Shown here: positions 39,201 to 51,774 of the stretch, piece after piece
How the letters are laid out: each line of letters starts with the position of its first letter
Numbering within the stretch: the first letter of the stretch is position 1
Assembly (NCBI GenBank): GCA_050084515.1
Contig: CM114271.1
Span: 37,634,001 to 37,698,000 of the forward strand
DNA length: 64,000 nt
Reading direction: 5' to 3'
Source of the DNA: Blasia pusilla
Lineage: Eukaryota
Translations under genes and position numbers: made by a program
The notes under the pieces: model-generated
Seen by the model: the letters and a program-made list of their open reading frames with translations, nothing else
What the model was told of the DNA's origin: nothing
Database searches by the model: none

Positions 39201-39675
39201 TATGAGAAAATAGAAAGTGACGAAATCACTCAAATATTAACAAAACTTAGAGATACAAAATGGCCTAGTCCATCTGTGCGCTCACAGAAGAGATTCGATG
39301 GAACATGAACATGGAGATAACTCGACATACGAGGATGCGCTACCGCTGCGGCTCCCCACTATTTCACTACTCGGAAAACTAGGGTTTTTCACCTATTTTT
39401 CTTTGTTTCTATTAATAGAAAACTTCTAGACCCCCACATCGTCTTGGCATACCAAGGACTCTACCCCTAGACCCCCACAACGCATCAGGGTGCCCCGCAC
39501 CCTGATGGAATATAGGGTTAGATAATCCTAGTAACGCTACTACAGAAACCACCTACGTCATATTACTATGACTCCTTCGACGTCTAAGTCGAAATCATCA
39601 ATCTAGGCTTCTCCTCATATAAGGGGGCCGATCAGATTAATGGTGCTCAGAGAAGTGGATGTTGAGAATCCAACA
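39201..39675 (-). repeat. 5' LTR of the Copia element
   Basis: Adjacent to the PBS (TGATACCA at 39193-39200 on plus). Visibly diverged from the 3' LTR, mostly by transitions. Confidence 0.95.
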
Positions 39676-40729
39676 ATTTCAATATTACTGGTGTAGTCAG
39701 CTATGATTCGTACCTACTCACAAAAAATAACTCATTCAATCCTATTGCAATGACTATAGGATTCATTATGTCCTGTCGGCAACTCCCATAGTGGTATTGT
39801 CATGTCTACACTAGTTGTAGGGCCTTCTATTCTAGTCCTGTGTCACTACTCGGTGAGTGACTAAATATGACTACATGAGTATATTCTGATATTGGAGAAA
39901 ATTGAAATGACTACACAAGTTGCGAACTATGACTAAATCCAAAAATTTAATGACTGGTGGAGGCATGACTATTACCGCCAAGTGGATTCCTCACCAATGT
40001 GGTATACCTATCACATTGTCATTGGACAGAGTGTACTTTTACATGACTAAACATGACTACGGTAGTCATTGGTGGGAACTAGACAAATACCCTAGATATT
40101 ACTACACGAGTTGTCTTCCATACTCCACGTCATCAATGTCATGTCACACCAATTAGTCCACGTCATACATTGACGTGTCAATATTCCACGTCATCTAAGT
40201 GATGTGTCAATGATGCCCTCATGACTACACCCTCAAGTCATGTACCAGCGTCCACCTAAGCCGACCATCCTAGTTAGCCTAGTCGCCACACAAATATGAC
40301 TTGGCTTTTGTGTCTAAAGTAGTCGTTAGTCATTGCCAATCGTGAAATGTAAGATATGACTCGTATGAGTCATATAACCTAGTCATAAACCAAGGATTTC
40401 TTCTAGTGTATATATAACCTATGCTCGTAGGTTACCGTTATGATGTTATTTTTGGGGGAAGAGTGAAAATCTTCCCAAGGCTATAAGAGAGGAGATATGG
40501 CTTTCCCAAGCCATCAATCTCATGATGGGCCTTAAGGGCACCTCTCTTGCTTCTGTATGTAGGAACTAGGATGCTAGATTTTGGATTCCCTCATAGCGAA
40601 GGATGGATGTGGCTCGATATGCCAATGTAGATTCAGGAGTGGAGTTTTAAGCCGAGTGAGCCATTTTTACTCTAATTTTACATGAGAAAGATGTCAGGGG
40701 ACAAGAGGGAATTCGTTGTATGCATGTAG

Positions 40730-41420
40730 CACTATAAGAAATTCTTCGTTTCATAACTACGTTTAATGACTCATATGAGTCATATATCAAGTTCCATGAC
40801 TAAGAATAACTGGTTACTTTTGTAGTCACAAAAGATTAGTCATTAATCCCTCAATGACTAGTATGACTAAGATGGTTTGCTGACGTGGAAGCGTCGACTA
40901 CCCCGTCATTTGCATATGAGTGTCATCTAACATAGATGATATATCAAGATGACATCTCAACATATGACATGGACATGACACATAAAATTGTGCATATGAC
41001 ACGTCAACATGACATGTCAGCATAAGGATTCATATAGACATAGGTTAGGTGTACTATTAGACAAATAAGTGAGTCTAGTCATTATTTCTATGACATGTCA
41101 TTGCAAGAAAATTAGCTTAGTCATTGGTGTAAAAAATGGTTGATCACGTGTCAAATCTGCAAAATAATCAAATGAATAGATAATCCACATGTGTAGTGAC
41201 CTAAACTATTATTCTGCGAAACATAACTACAATAGTTACTCCTAAGATTCCAAGTCATATAATTGTGAATAACGCACAATTACTACATGAATATTGATGT
41301 AACAACTACTAGTGACTAGGGGAGTTATGTTTCAATTACTATCAATGACTCTTGGAGTTGGATGATCACATTTTACATTTATCAATGACTAAATAAGTCG
41401 CCATGTTTAATAAAAATTTG
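40730..41420 (+). mobile_element. Left end of a second CACTA element
   Basis: TIR CACTATAAGAAA at 40730, followed by ATGACT/AGTCAT and ATGACA repeats. The partner end was not found. Confidence 0.75.
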
Positions 41421-43049
41421 TTTGTCTCTTAGCTGATCCAGACCTTATCTCGCTGTCTTATTCACATGGTACATCTGAATGAAACTTTGACTTCCTGCGC
41501 TTTTTGGGAGAAGATATCATCTTGTCGTTCATGCTTCAATGATCTATACACAACCATAATTTAGCAGGAACTATTAGTACAAAAAATTCCTCCAATATTA
41601 CAACATGGATACTTTGAACTACTAGAGCTACACGACAATCATTGCCAATTTTTTATGGAAGGTCAAATAAAGAATCCAATTTTACGATGTTGTAGATCAT
41701 GAAGTCATGCATGCTAGCAAAGAGACGATGTACGTTTTGGATATCTGAGCACAGAGCCGTGACCAATTTTGTAGGCTGCCATAGCCACCGTACCATCGTG
41801 TGAGTGAAATTTCAAAAAATTTAAACCCTTATTTGAGAGATAAAAAGGAAAAGACTTTTCATTTCAGTGGATTTTTCATTTAAGGGGGAAATAAATGAAA
41901 CCTTTTATTTATGAGTGTTGAACCTAGATTTGGGGGAGTCTAGCAACAAGCCTCGAAGATTGGAGCAATTTAGGGGAATTAAACCCAATTTTCCAAGGAG
42001 GTTTGAGTGACTTCAAAATAAATCGAGAGGAGGATGGCTAGTTGATAGTCGTCCATTCCACCCTACCTTACCTTTCTCCGCAGTTATCGTCGTAGTTGGC
42101 GATGTGATTAGTCGGTGTGTTGAATTGTTGATCGGTCTCCGCGATTGTCCCTACGGAGCTTGTCGCACGCTTCGCCCTCCGCATCCTAGCTTCGTGCCTA
42201 CTTTGCAACCCTCCACTATTGTGCCATCTACGGGGCTCTGTTCTAATGTTGCCTTGGGCAACGCCCTACTTGTCGAGTTCCGTCCGAGCTATCTGGACCA
42301 TATGTGCTTCTAAGGTCCTTGTGTCTCTATAGCAACCTATTGTTTCTGGCTAAACCTTATCTTCTACGTGGTTCATGCCACGTACTGTCAAGATAATTGT
42401 AAGGCTTCATGCACCAACCTTACCCGGACGACTATTTTCCTAGGTTCATGTTCTCTCATCTATTCCTGGCCTTCTTACCAAAATATTACGGATTTTGGAT
42501 GCAAAGCTACTTCCGTTGTGGCTTTCCAAGACATTCTCTAGCTGTTGATACACTTGAGCTTTCCGTTAGTTCCGTGCCTATAGTTTAGTGCTTTGCTATC
42601 ATTCACTTCAAGTGTCGACATCGGTCGATGGTAAAAATTTGTCAAGACTACACCTCTATTCTACTCCATAAGGTGACCATCCTTTATTAATGGCGACTAG
42701 CGGCGTTGCTCTATCATTTCCTGCCGTTGCTTATCGAATGGTTATGATTGGTGGCCGTTCATCTTTTGATTTGCAATGCCCTCACATTTTTTTAACCAAT
42801 GCTTTGTCACCAATAATTGCATCTTTTGGCTATCATGTATAATTCGTCATGATAGAGTGCAATGGGGAGATATCGTTCATTGACATCAAGAGTACCAGTG
42901 CAATCGGGTTGCGCACTGACTCAGTGCTGGTGCCATTTGGCGATGATATATGACTTTTCATTGTTAGAGTCAGAGTTTTCTTTCCGATTTGCTATGCCTT
43001 TTGCGTAGTAGCCGCTTAATGATGATCAGATACTGTGTTGGGACATTCG

Positions 43050-46000
43050 TGTAGAAAACTGCTACGTATATACAAAAGCATAACTCATGGGATACTACTG
43101 ACATTCATACACCACCGTGGAGAAAAACTTTTGCAATAAGAGAATGAGTGGAGGCTGGGCCACTTTTCAATTATAGATGGTACGTACAAGCAACCCTAAT
43201 CCTAACCATAGGCTTAAGTTAAACTTATAGTGATTAACTATCCTTAGTTAAGGTAATTATGTTTAACTAACTAACAAAGATGAAACTTTCCTACATCGTG
43301 TGAGTATCAAATGTAGCAGTTCGGGTGTCCAATGAGCTTGATTATAGCTCAATCTTCAGTACTCCTCCTCAAGATCATATTGATATCTCAAACTATCATC
43401 TACATAGTTTATAGACATCTCAAACTTATCTCTAGATAATGCATTTGGAAAGATATCAACAATTTGCTGATGAATACCTATATACACAAGATCAATTTCT
43501 CTCTCATAAAATGATAGTGCACCTCAATCATGAAACACAGCCTTATTAGCCTCGATTCTACTAATATTGTATATATATATTACAGTAGGTCATAGATTAC
43601 TAACATCAATCTTAATAAGTAATCGATAAAGACACATTGCCTTACATGTTGCATTGGTTGCTTCTCTATACTCACCCTCTATTGAAGATAAAACAAATAT
43701 TGATGTGCCTAACTTATAAGTGCAGTTCCCCAAGGTAAGTGAATAACCATATGTGGAGTGTTTATCAACCACGCTTCCTACTTAATCAACATCTGTGAAT
43801 CCCTATAATTATAAACTCGGAGAAATTTCAAACGGAAGCCCAAATTAAATACAGAATATAACATACCACATAATCCTACTGACAACATCATGGTGAGTTT
43901 CTTGACGTGCTTGCATAAATTGGCTCACTAGTCCAATTGTATAGCTCAAGTCTCGCCTTGTTATAGACAAATAGATAAAACGACTGTAGAGTTTGGCTTA
44001 CAAGTCATTATACCCTATTTTGAAAGCATATGAAGAGCATATTATCATTGTAATAACCATAGGTCTCTCCAACCCTTATCAACTCAAGAGTAAGAAAGTA
44101 CTTGAGTTCTTCCTAGTCCTTCATATCAAATTTTGCATTTAACTTAAACTTGACTTATTGTACCATATCCTCAATACTGCCTTTAATCAAGAAGTCCTCA
44201 ACATAAAATACAATAATAATCGTATGATCTTGTCCTCTCAAGAAGTATAGCAAGGAGTTAGAATCACATAACCTAAAGACAAACTTTTGTAAGACTTATG
44301 CAATCTTACCATACCAAGATCTTGGAGATTGCTTGAGCTCGTATTCAGCTTTCTTTAACCTACATACAAGGAATGGAAACTCTGGATATTCATATCTGAG
44401 TAGTTGAGTCACGTCTATATCCTCATATATATCTCCATTCAATAAGACATTCTTGGCGTCCAAGTGATATAATCTCCATTTCTTACTCACTACAACTAGA
44501 ACCACTATTCTTGTAGTCACCATCCTTGCAACAAGGCGAAATATCTTGTTGCAAGGATTACGATTATGAGGAGACATTGTCTACCAATCTTCTCAATCAT
44601 AATCATAATCGTTGTACGATTATGAGGAGACATTGTCTACCAATCTCGCTTTGTACTATTTTGATTGCGTTTGATTTTGTGAACTTATTTGCAACCAATA
44701 GCTTCCTGACCAGAAGGTATATCAACCAGCTTGCAGGTCTGTTGATGTCTTAATGTAGCAAGCTCTTCTTTCATAGCTTTAATCCATTCGATCTTGCTTG
44801 CAACTTCTTCAAAATAACTTGGTTCCTCTTCTTGAAGGATAGTCATAACATACGCATGATATCTTATAAAGAATCCTTCATTTATAAATCTATGAATAGG
44901 ATGTATGTCTCTATTTGATCTAAAAATTTATTATTCAACGCATCTCACATCTTAATTGAGCTCTAACTAGTGTCAAAAAACTGAACACGTACTCTTCTCG
45001 ACCATGAATTGATAGATTTTAACTCAAGAATATAGGACCTCTCCTAATCTTGCACTAGTACTTGGGAAACTTATAAGCACTCTCTATTGGTTTATTTATC
45101 CCTTCATCATACTCTCCTCTCAAAAAATGAGTTTAGAGGTGGAATACATTGAAATGAAGCATACCATGACTTCAAAAATAACATCACGACTAATAATAAA
45201 TGGTCTAGAGGATGGAATGCAACACTTATATCCCTTAGTTCCATCAACGTAGCCAATAAAGATACATCTTTGAGATTTGGATTCTGAGTTTTTATATCTT
45301 TCAAAAGGAACATTAGCATAACAAATATAGCCAAATATTTTTAGGAAGGAAAAATGAGGTTTACTTCTTGTGAAGACTTCCAACGGAGTCTTATCGTGAA
45401 CCCTTAGTGTTGGAGTCCAATTGATTAAGAAGACTACGCATACTATAATCTCTAACCAATACACCTTTGGCATGTTCTCACTCAGCATAGCATGTGCCGC
45501 CTTAGCAATATGTCTATTCTTCCTCTCAACCACTCAATTTTGTTGTGGAGTATGAGGGTAAGTCATTTGTCGTTGGATGTCATTATGATGTAAGTAGTCA
45601 TCAAACTTGATTGAAAGGTACTCTCCTCCTCCATCACAACACAATTTGAGAAAGCGTTTCCAAGTATACGTCTCTACCATAATTATACATATTTGGAACA
45701 TTGAGAATACCTCTGACTTGGCTTTCAGAAAGTATATCCATCTATACCTAGAGAAGTCATAAAAAATGAAACAAAGTAATTGCAACCACTAAGGCTATGT
45801 TGTGATGTTGTACATACATCATTATGAATCAACTCCAATATCTTAGATGTATTTCTACATTTCTTCAGAAATAGAAATAGTTTGTTTTCCAAATTGGCAA
45901 ATAGGGTATATCTCTAACATAGTAAGACTCGATAATTTATGAAGTCCTATTACTGTATTAGATGATGAAAGACTTTGTAAATTTTTAAGATTCATATGCC

Positions 46001-47790
46001 CCATTCTCTTATGCCACACATTTAGATTTGCAATTTATTGGAAATTTTGACCATACATTGATGTTAAAATCTCTAGCATAGAAACATCTAATTTGAATAT
46101 TTTTCCATATCTTTTTCCTTTGACTATCATAGTTTGATCATCCATTGTTTCAATGAAATAATCGTATGTGTTAAAATTCATATGATAACCCTATTCTATT
46201 ATGTGTCCTTTAGAGGTCAAATTTCTTGCAATGGTAGGAACATAGAGAACATTTCCAAGAGCAGATAAAGACCATCACATGCTTTTGGAACTTTAACGGT
46301 ATGCGTGATATGATGTTGAGTATCATCTCCTGTAAGCACTACTGTAGGATCTTTCATCGGCTCCATACTAGTGAACCATTTAGTTAATGAGGTCATCTGA
46401 TTTGATGCATCAAAGTAGATGTGCCAATCTGTTGTCAAATCTTTCTTCACCATTACTCTCATATGATGAGTCATGACCAAGAGGTGCTCAATTTGTAAAT
46501 TTTGTTGTTCTTGATACTATCCTTAGTGTTGTTGTTCCATAGAGTTTTTTGTTATAAGCTAAGGCTCTCATTCTCATATCTTCAAAACTTTGCACATTTA
46601 CATTTTATCCCATACGAATTCCAAGATCTAGGGACCCTCTACTACTGACCTCGACCCTTACGGTTTCTACCATCATCACCTTGTAATTGTGTTTGTTATT
46701 AGTTCGTAGTTGATTGAGTGAATTTATGTTGAGTACCTCTTTGTCCATATGCTTGATATCCATCACGACCATGGAAGCTTCTACCATGATCTCTACCTCT
46801 ATTTGATCCATTACGTGCAAATAGCGAACTCTCTTGCATACTAGGCGAGCTATCGTTGCCAACAAATCTTGGAGATACAAAGTGGCCTAGTCCGTCCATG
46901 CGCTCATAGAAGAGCTTTGAAGGAACCTTAACATGGAGATAACTGGACATACGAGAATACGCTGCCGCTACGGCTCCCGACTATTTCACTACTCGAGAAA
47001 CTAGGATTTTTACCTACTTTTCTTCATTTATATTTATAGTAAATCTCTATTGCATCAGGGTGCCTTCTCATGTATTTCTCATACTCAAAATATAGACATT
47101 GATGGTTTGCGATCATTTCCTCATTTTGTTCAATTTTTTTTTCAATTGAAGGCTTTTGGCATTTTTAGATGTTTGGAACAACTTTTTTAATGCATCCCAA
47201 ACCTCTTTCAGAACATCAACATGTTAAATATGACCAATCCTTGACGAACTGATCGTTATTGAAATGTAATGGATTACTTACCTTACACGTTTGTTCCAAG
47301 CGCGAACATTCAAGTCTATTGTGTCACCTTCTGGTTTAGCATCATCATCTATAACAAACTCCCATAGTTTTTGTCCATGAGAAATTGTTTCATGCAAAAC
47401 TTCCAAACATTGTAATTTTGCTTATCTAGCTTCTCGTTGTTGAGCAATATTAATGCTCTATGAAGAACAATTTTACTCAAAAAATATAATTTCATGTTAT
47501 CCTCTGCTCCAATTGGAATGTAGACAACTCCTCCACAAAAATTAATTTGAAAATTTCCCAAATTGGAATTTGTATGGAAGAATTGGTTGAAATTGGATTG
47601 TACAGCGTGAATTGCTTAACTTTTGCCTCCAAAGTTCTGTCACAGTTACAACTCCATCCAAAATCTTCTGCCAATGATATTGAATTAAAATTTCTTTCTC
47701 CCAAATTGGAATGATGCCTTATTTTGCCTCTCTTTTCTCTTCAAACACCAAAAATTTCAATTTTTCCGCATCACGTTGCTTGTTGCCGCA
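43050..47790 (-). mobile_element. Second, more decayed Ty1/Copia element (5' LTR not seen)
   Basis: Gag NEKLDKQNYNVWKF, PR DWHIYFDAS, IN DGGGEY/PHTPQQN/ERKNRH, RT LYHLDAKN/LKQSPRSWY and an RNase H remnant. Candidate 3' LTR ~43050-43361 with PPT GAGGAGGAG. Confidence 0.9.
46862..47064 (-). mobile_element. Terminus-less fragment of the first Copia family's LTR, embedded in gag of the second Copia
   Basis: GAGATACAAAGTGGCCTAGTCC...CGGCTCCCGACTATTTCACTACTC...GCATCAGGGTGCC matches 39240-39495 with an internal deletion. Confidence 0.88.
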
Positions 47791-49346
47791 CATTACATAT
47801 CTCAATGAGAGGGAGTGTAGATTGAGTGCTACATGTGTTAGTTCTGGGTGATTAAGGGATCACTCATGAGGTTGAGAGTGATCGTTTGGGGACCAAGGAT
47901 CATAACGGTGTCCTTTTAGAACTTTGAGAGGTGAGATGGTGTGCTTGAGAGTAGCTCTAGAGGCTTTATGCAAAGTGGCAAGAGGTTTTGAGAGTCTCTA
48001 CATGAGGGACCATCTTGATCTCCATTTGTGTCACCCTTAGACGAGGGAGAGGGCATAGAGGAGGAGTTTATAAGTGCATTACCTATTGAGTAGTCCTACC
48101 ATTTGGGTGTATGAGATAGACAATTGAGGTAGAGGACTGTTTAGATTTATGGGAGTTGTGGGTACTATAGAGTTGCAAAACTTCATTGTGGAGTTTAGGA
48201 GTTGGTGTGACTCATAGAGGGCTAGAAACTTGAGGGAGTTCAAACCTTTCACAACATGGAATGGGATGTTCTAGCACCTAGAGGTGGCACCCATGGATGA
48301 TTACCATAAGTTTTCACATAGATATGCCTCCGCGATTGAGGCTTAGAGACTATAATATGACCGATATTATGTATCATGGACCAAGCTATTTCCAAATGAG
48401 GAGGAGGACCTAGGGGAGGCTACTCCCTCTACCATTAGTGAGAGCTAAGGAGAGGTGAGTCGGACTAGGGTAGCTACATCATCTTGTCGAATTTGTCCCA
48501 GGTTCAACCCCATGGTGAAGCTCTTTGCGGTGTTGCGAAGGAACTGCCAATTAAGGGGTACGGATTAAGAAGTTGCACAACATCCACGACTTCCATAGCC
48601 GCATGGGAGAGATCTTTCAAGAGGCATTCACTTGCTTGCGTCATTTGATTAGGATGACTCAAAGAGTGATAGTGGCCTACACCGTTTATGCATAAACGGT
48701 GTTTATAGGATGTTGGAACAAGACTTGCGGAAACGGGTGAGGGATGTAGTACTTTTGATACACACCTCACCTATGTTGAGAGATATTTTGATATAGTGGA
48801 GTGCATCGAGGGTAATAGGGCCGAGGAGAGTGTAGTAGCCATGAATCACATGCAAAAGTAGTCATGATTACCTGCACCACGAGTGCAACAACGTGGATTT
48901 TGAGAGAGGAGTGTGGCACTGCGAGCTCAAGGAGGTTATCGTGAGTTTGTGCCATAGAGACCTATGTTGTCATATGCGGTTCAGTAGCAATGGCTAGGAG
49001 TTCTTTTTTAGGTATGTGGTGGAGCCCATCGCGAATAAGATTGCATCTCTCAAGGTAGTAGATGCGTGTTCTAGCCTTGAGAAGGAGATACAGTAGTGTG
49101 ACCATTTTCAGACGTATGATCATAAATGTGCTAGGTGCTTTAGCTTACTCTTTGAGTTACATCCGGACCAAAGGCCAAAGAGGGCACCATAGCAAGTTTC
49201 CAATCTAGGTGGGCCTAGAGATCGTGCGCTAGATGGTCCCATAGGGGGAGGTGGAGTTGGATTTGCACGTGAGGGTGGTGGATATGCTCGTGGAGGAGGT
49301 AGAGGTCGACCAACTAGATGAGTCGAGGGAGACTTGGGACATGAGG

Positions 49347-50256
49347 CTAGGATGGCTTCTCACAAAGAGCTGTTGCAACAACAGATTGTTGTGATGGCAT
49401 CAAGGTTATCCAATGCCAAATGAGTGGCGCAACCATAGATATGGAGGATCTGGGCTCCATGTGCGGGGCTACACAAAACCCGCTAGGAGTGCCAAGGCTA
49501 CTGATCAACGCAAGTGAACTGTGCAAGGACGTTTCGTAAAACCGCACCTATGACGAGTTTTCATTGAGTAGGGCCGGATGTGATTTGGGACACGATGAAT
49601 CGGTGCGTGCCCCGATCGGCAAATGATCACCGGAGTATAGCACAGGATCTAAAACCTTGCATTAGAGTCAAAATTTCAACAAGGTAAACCCACTGAGCTC
49701 CCCGGCGTCGGGAGGTTTGGTCGTGAGATTGGATACCGTCCAGTGGGCAGAAGACGATTCAAAAAGCCAAGTGAAATCGGCCAAATCTATTTTTTTTAAC
49801 CTCCCGGCCCCTCCTTTCTCAACCATTTAGGCTCGACGGTCGGCCCAGAGGGCCCCTACCCTATCGGGCGCCACACTCTCCCAAAAGGAGGAGCCCTGGA
49901 GGGCTAGTTCTACAGTGTCTGGAACAATCTACATTTTGTCTTTGGTGCCGACTTGAATCTTGGGTGATTTAAAACACTAAAAAGCCACTCACCACGCGAA
50001 ATTCAGGTGAATAATCGAAAGCGAGTCTGCGCGTAAATATTTAATCGCGCGATTAGATTGCGACATAAGCAACTCGCAGAGTTCTGAGAATACTTTAGTG
50101 ATAGTATAGTGCATCATGGCGCAAAGCGCACCAACAGCCGGAGAGTCAAGTTTGGTTAACCGGGGCCTAAACTCTTCGTTGCTTGAGCCGCATGCGGGGA
50201 AACTTGCACGTGCGGTTCTTTGGGGGGGAAGCCTGAAAGAGCCTACCTATCTCAAT
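49347..50256 (+). ncRNA. Group II intron sequence (5' end apparently missing), inferred to be cox3i625
   Basis: Domain V GAGCCGCATGCGGGGAAACTTGCACGTGCGGTTC at 50185-50218. Ends CCTATCTCAAT. Confidence 0.85.
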
Positions 50257-50386
50257 TTCATGTCATTATAGGTACTATTTTCTTAATAATATGTGGGATT
50301 CGTCAATATCTGGGTCATTTTACCCCAAAGCATCACTTTGGCTTTGAAGCAACGGCTTTTTATTGGCATTTTGTTGATGTTGTATG
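50257..50386 (+). pseudogene. cox3: Cytochrome c oxidase subunit 3 exon fragment (NUMT)
   Basis: (F)[42 protein letters not shown], truncated. Confidence 0.97.
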
Positions 50387-51774
50387 CCTAGAGGCAGCTA
50401 CTCCAGGCGTATCCATAGCAGATGCAAAGTTGGATCCATAGAGAGGGAGAGCCAAGAAATACACCACGATTCCTCAATCTTTTATTTTGTACAAGGCGAT
50501 GAGGACCCCATCGATGCGGCCTGATTAGAGTTCTCGAAGGATGGATATTGGTGGTGTGCACACACGACGGGTAATGAGAGAAGCAAGTACCACAACTCCT
50601 ATACCGGATGCTTAGGTAGAGCGTATGTCAAGAAAGTTGTTAGGGGCGGCCATAACTATCTAATACGTCCCATGGTTTTTCGCTTCAAATATTACGACGT
50701 ACACCGGTTGAGTTTTTTCGGTTAGCCATTATGCTATTTGAGTGTGGAGATGATGTCACTACCTCACGTTTAGATGTACTTGCAAAGGAGGTGATGGACC
50801 TGTCCTTGGAGCCTATGCACAAGCTTTCCACCTCAGATTTATGGCATGTGGTGGTTGTTAGGATAGATGGAAGAGATGCGTGCAAGACCCGCAATAGAGC
50901 GTGTTATGGTTTCTCCAAATGTTGATTTGGTGGATGACAGAGGAGAGGTCTTCCATTTGGTGAGTCTTGGAGGCAAGGTGTTTTTTTGTAGTGCATCTTG
51001 TTGGATTCAAGATCTAGATCATAACCCATGATATTGGAAAAGGTGATATTTACGGGGTTAGGTCGGACGAGGGCCGATATGGGGCGTTGCCTATTTAGGA
51101 TACAAAAATCCTTGAGTGGAGCAAGTGCAATATAAATTATCACTTGATATGAGCTCACGGTGAGGATTTGACCATGACATCCGTTAGATGAGTTTGTGGT
51201 ACGAGCCAAGGCAATAGTGACCGATGCCGACTTTTCCTAATATTTCCAATGCCACCTTATTCATCCCAAACACACCTAAGATCTTGTCGTTATGACCTTA
51301 AACACCACGGCCTTTCCCACCTTTTTTAGTTTTCCTACTTTCTATATATATAAGAAGGCCGATCCTAGCTTGGTTTGGGTTGACCATGCAAAACGGCTGG
51401 TATGCCTAATGCCTCTGAGCGAGAATAGGCGATGAGATTTTGTAGAAGAGTGACATAATATCGTCATTATCACAACCATCTTGACCTCATGTCTTGGATT
51501 AGGCGATGGACGTGAACTTCTTGTAATGAATTAAAATCTTAGGAGTAGTTCAGCAATGTCAAATGAGGTTGCGACAAGTCACGGTTGTTATGTTGGTGAG
51601 CCTCATGCCTACCGAGACGGTTCAAGTAGTGGTTGGAGGCAATACTAGAGGAGATCATGAAAGACATCCATCCTTGGACTTTTTGGGATGTTTTGCAGGT
51701 ACCTTGGGAGATGGCAGCCACAACATTGAGCGTGGTATATGGTCCTCCCTATTGAGGAGATGAGGTAGAACCAT

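Larger units (their letters stand above)
35108..39675 (-). mobile_element. Full-length degenerate Ty1/Copia LTR retrotransposon (non-autonomous)
   Basis: 475-bp LTRs at 35108-35582 and 39201-39675. TSD ATATC/ATTTC. PBS TGGTATCA (Met-type) and PPT GAGGGGG. Gag with CCYCGKLCHLIKDC knuckle, PR DSGAS, IN LWHERFGH/LIHVDL, RT LYVDD, RNase H CDNQ/ADIFTK. Stops and two RT deletions. Confidence 0.96.
33862..40408 (+). mobile_element. 3' portion of a CACTA (En/Spm) element with a nested Copia insertion
   Basis: Right TIR TTTCTTCTAGTG ends at 40408. Dense ATGACT/AGTCAT subterminal repeats at 39690-40400. TnpA-like exon at 34456-34728. The left boundary is not defined. Confidence 0.7.
49347..50386 (+). 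other. Nuclear mitochondrial DNA insertion (NUMT): group II intron plus downstream cox3 exon; left edge approximate
   Basis: Canonical domain V and a domain VI/AY end are followed directly by COX3 coding sequence. Flanked on both sides by retroelement DNA. Confidence 0.9.
47816..51230 (+). mobile_element. Decayed Ty3/Gypsy 5' half (gag and aspartic protease), split by the mitochondrial insert; left boundary uncertain
   Basis: Gag-like EAFTCLRHLIR/YRMLEQDLRKRVRD (~48620-48750). Protease-like ILLDS...PMILEK...GLG (~50995-51065). Confidence 0.6.

Noticed and set aside
50220-50441. Functional nuclear cox3 ORF
   Set aside because: The ORF fuses intron domain VI, a partial exon and retroelement sequence, and most of COX3 is missing.
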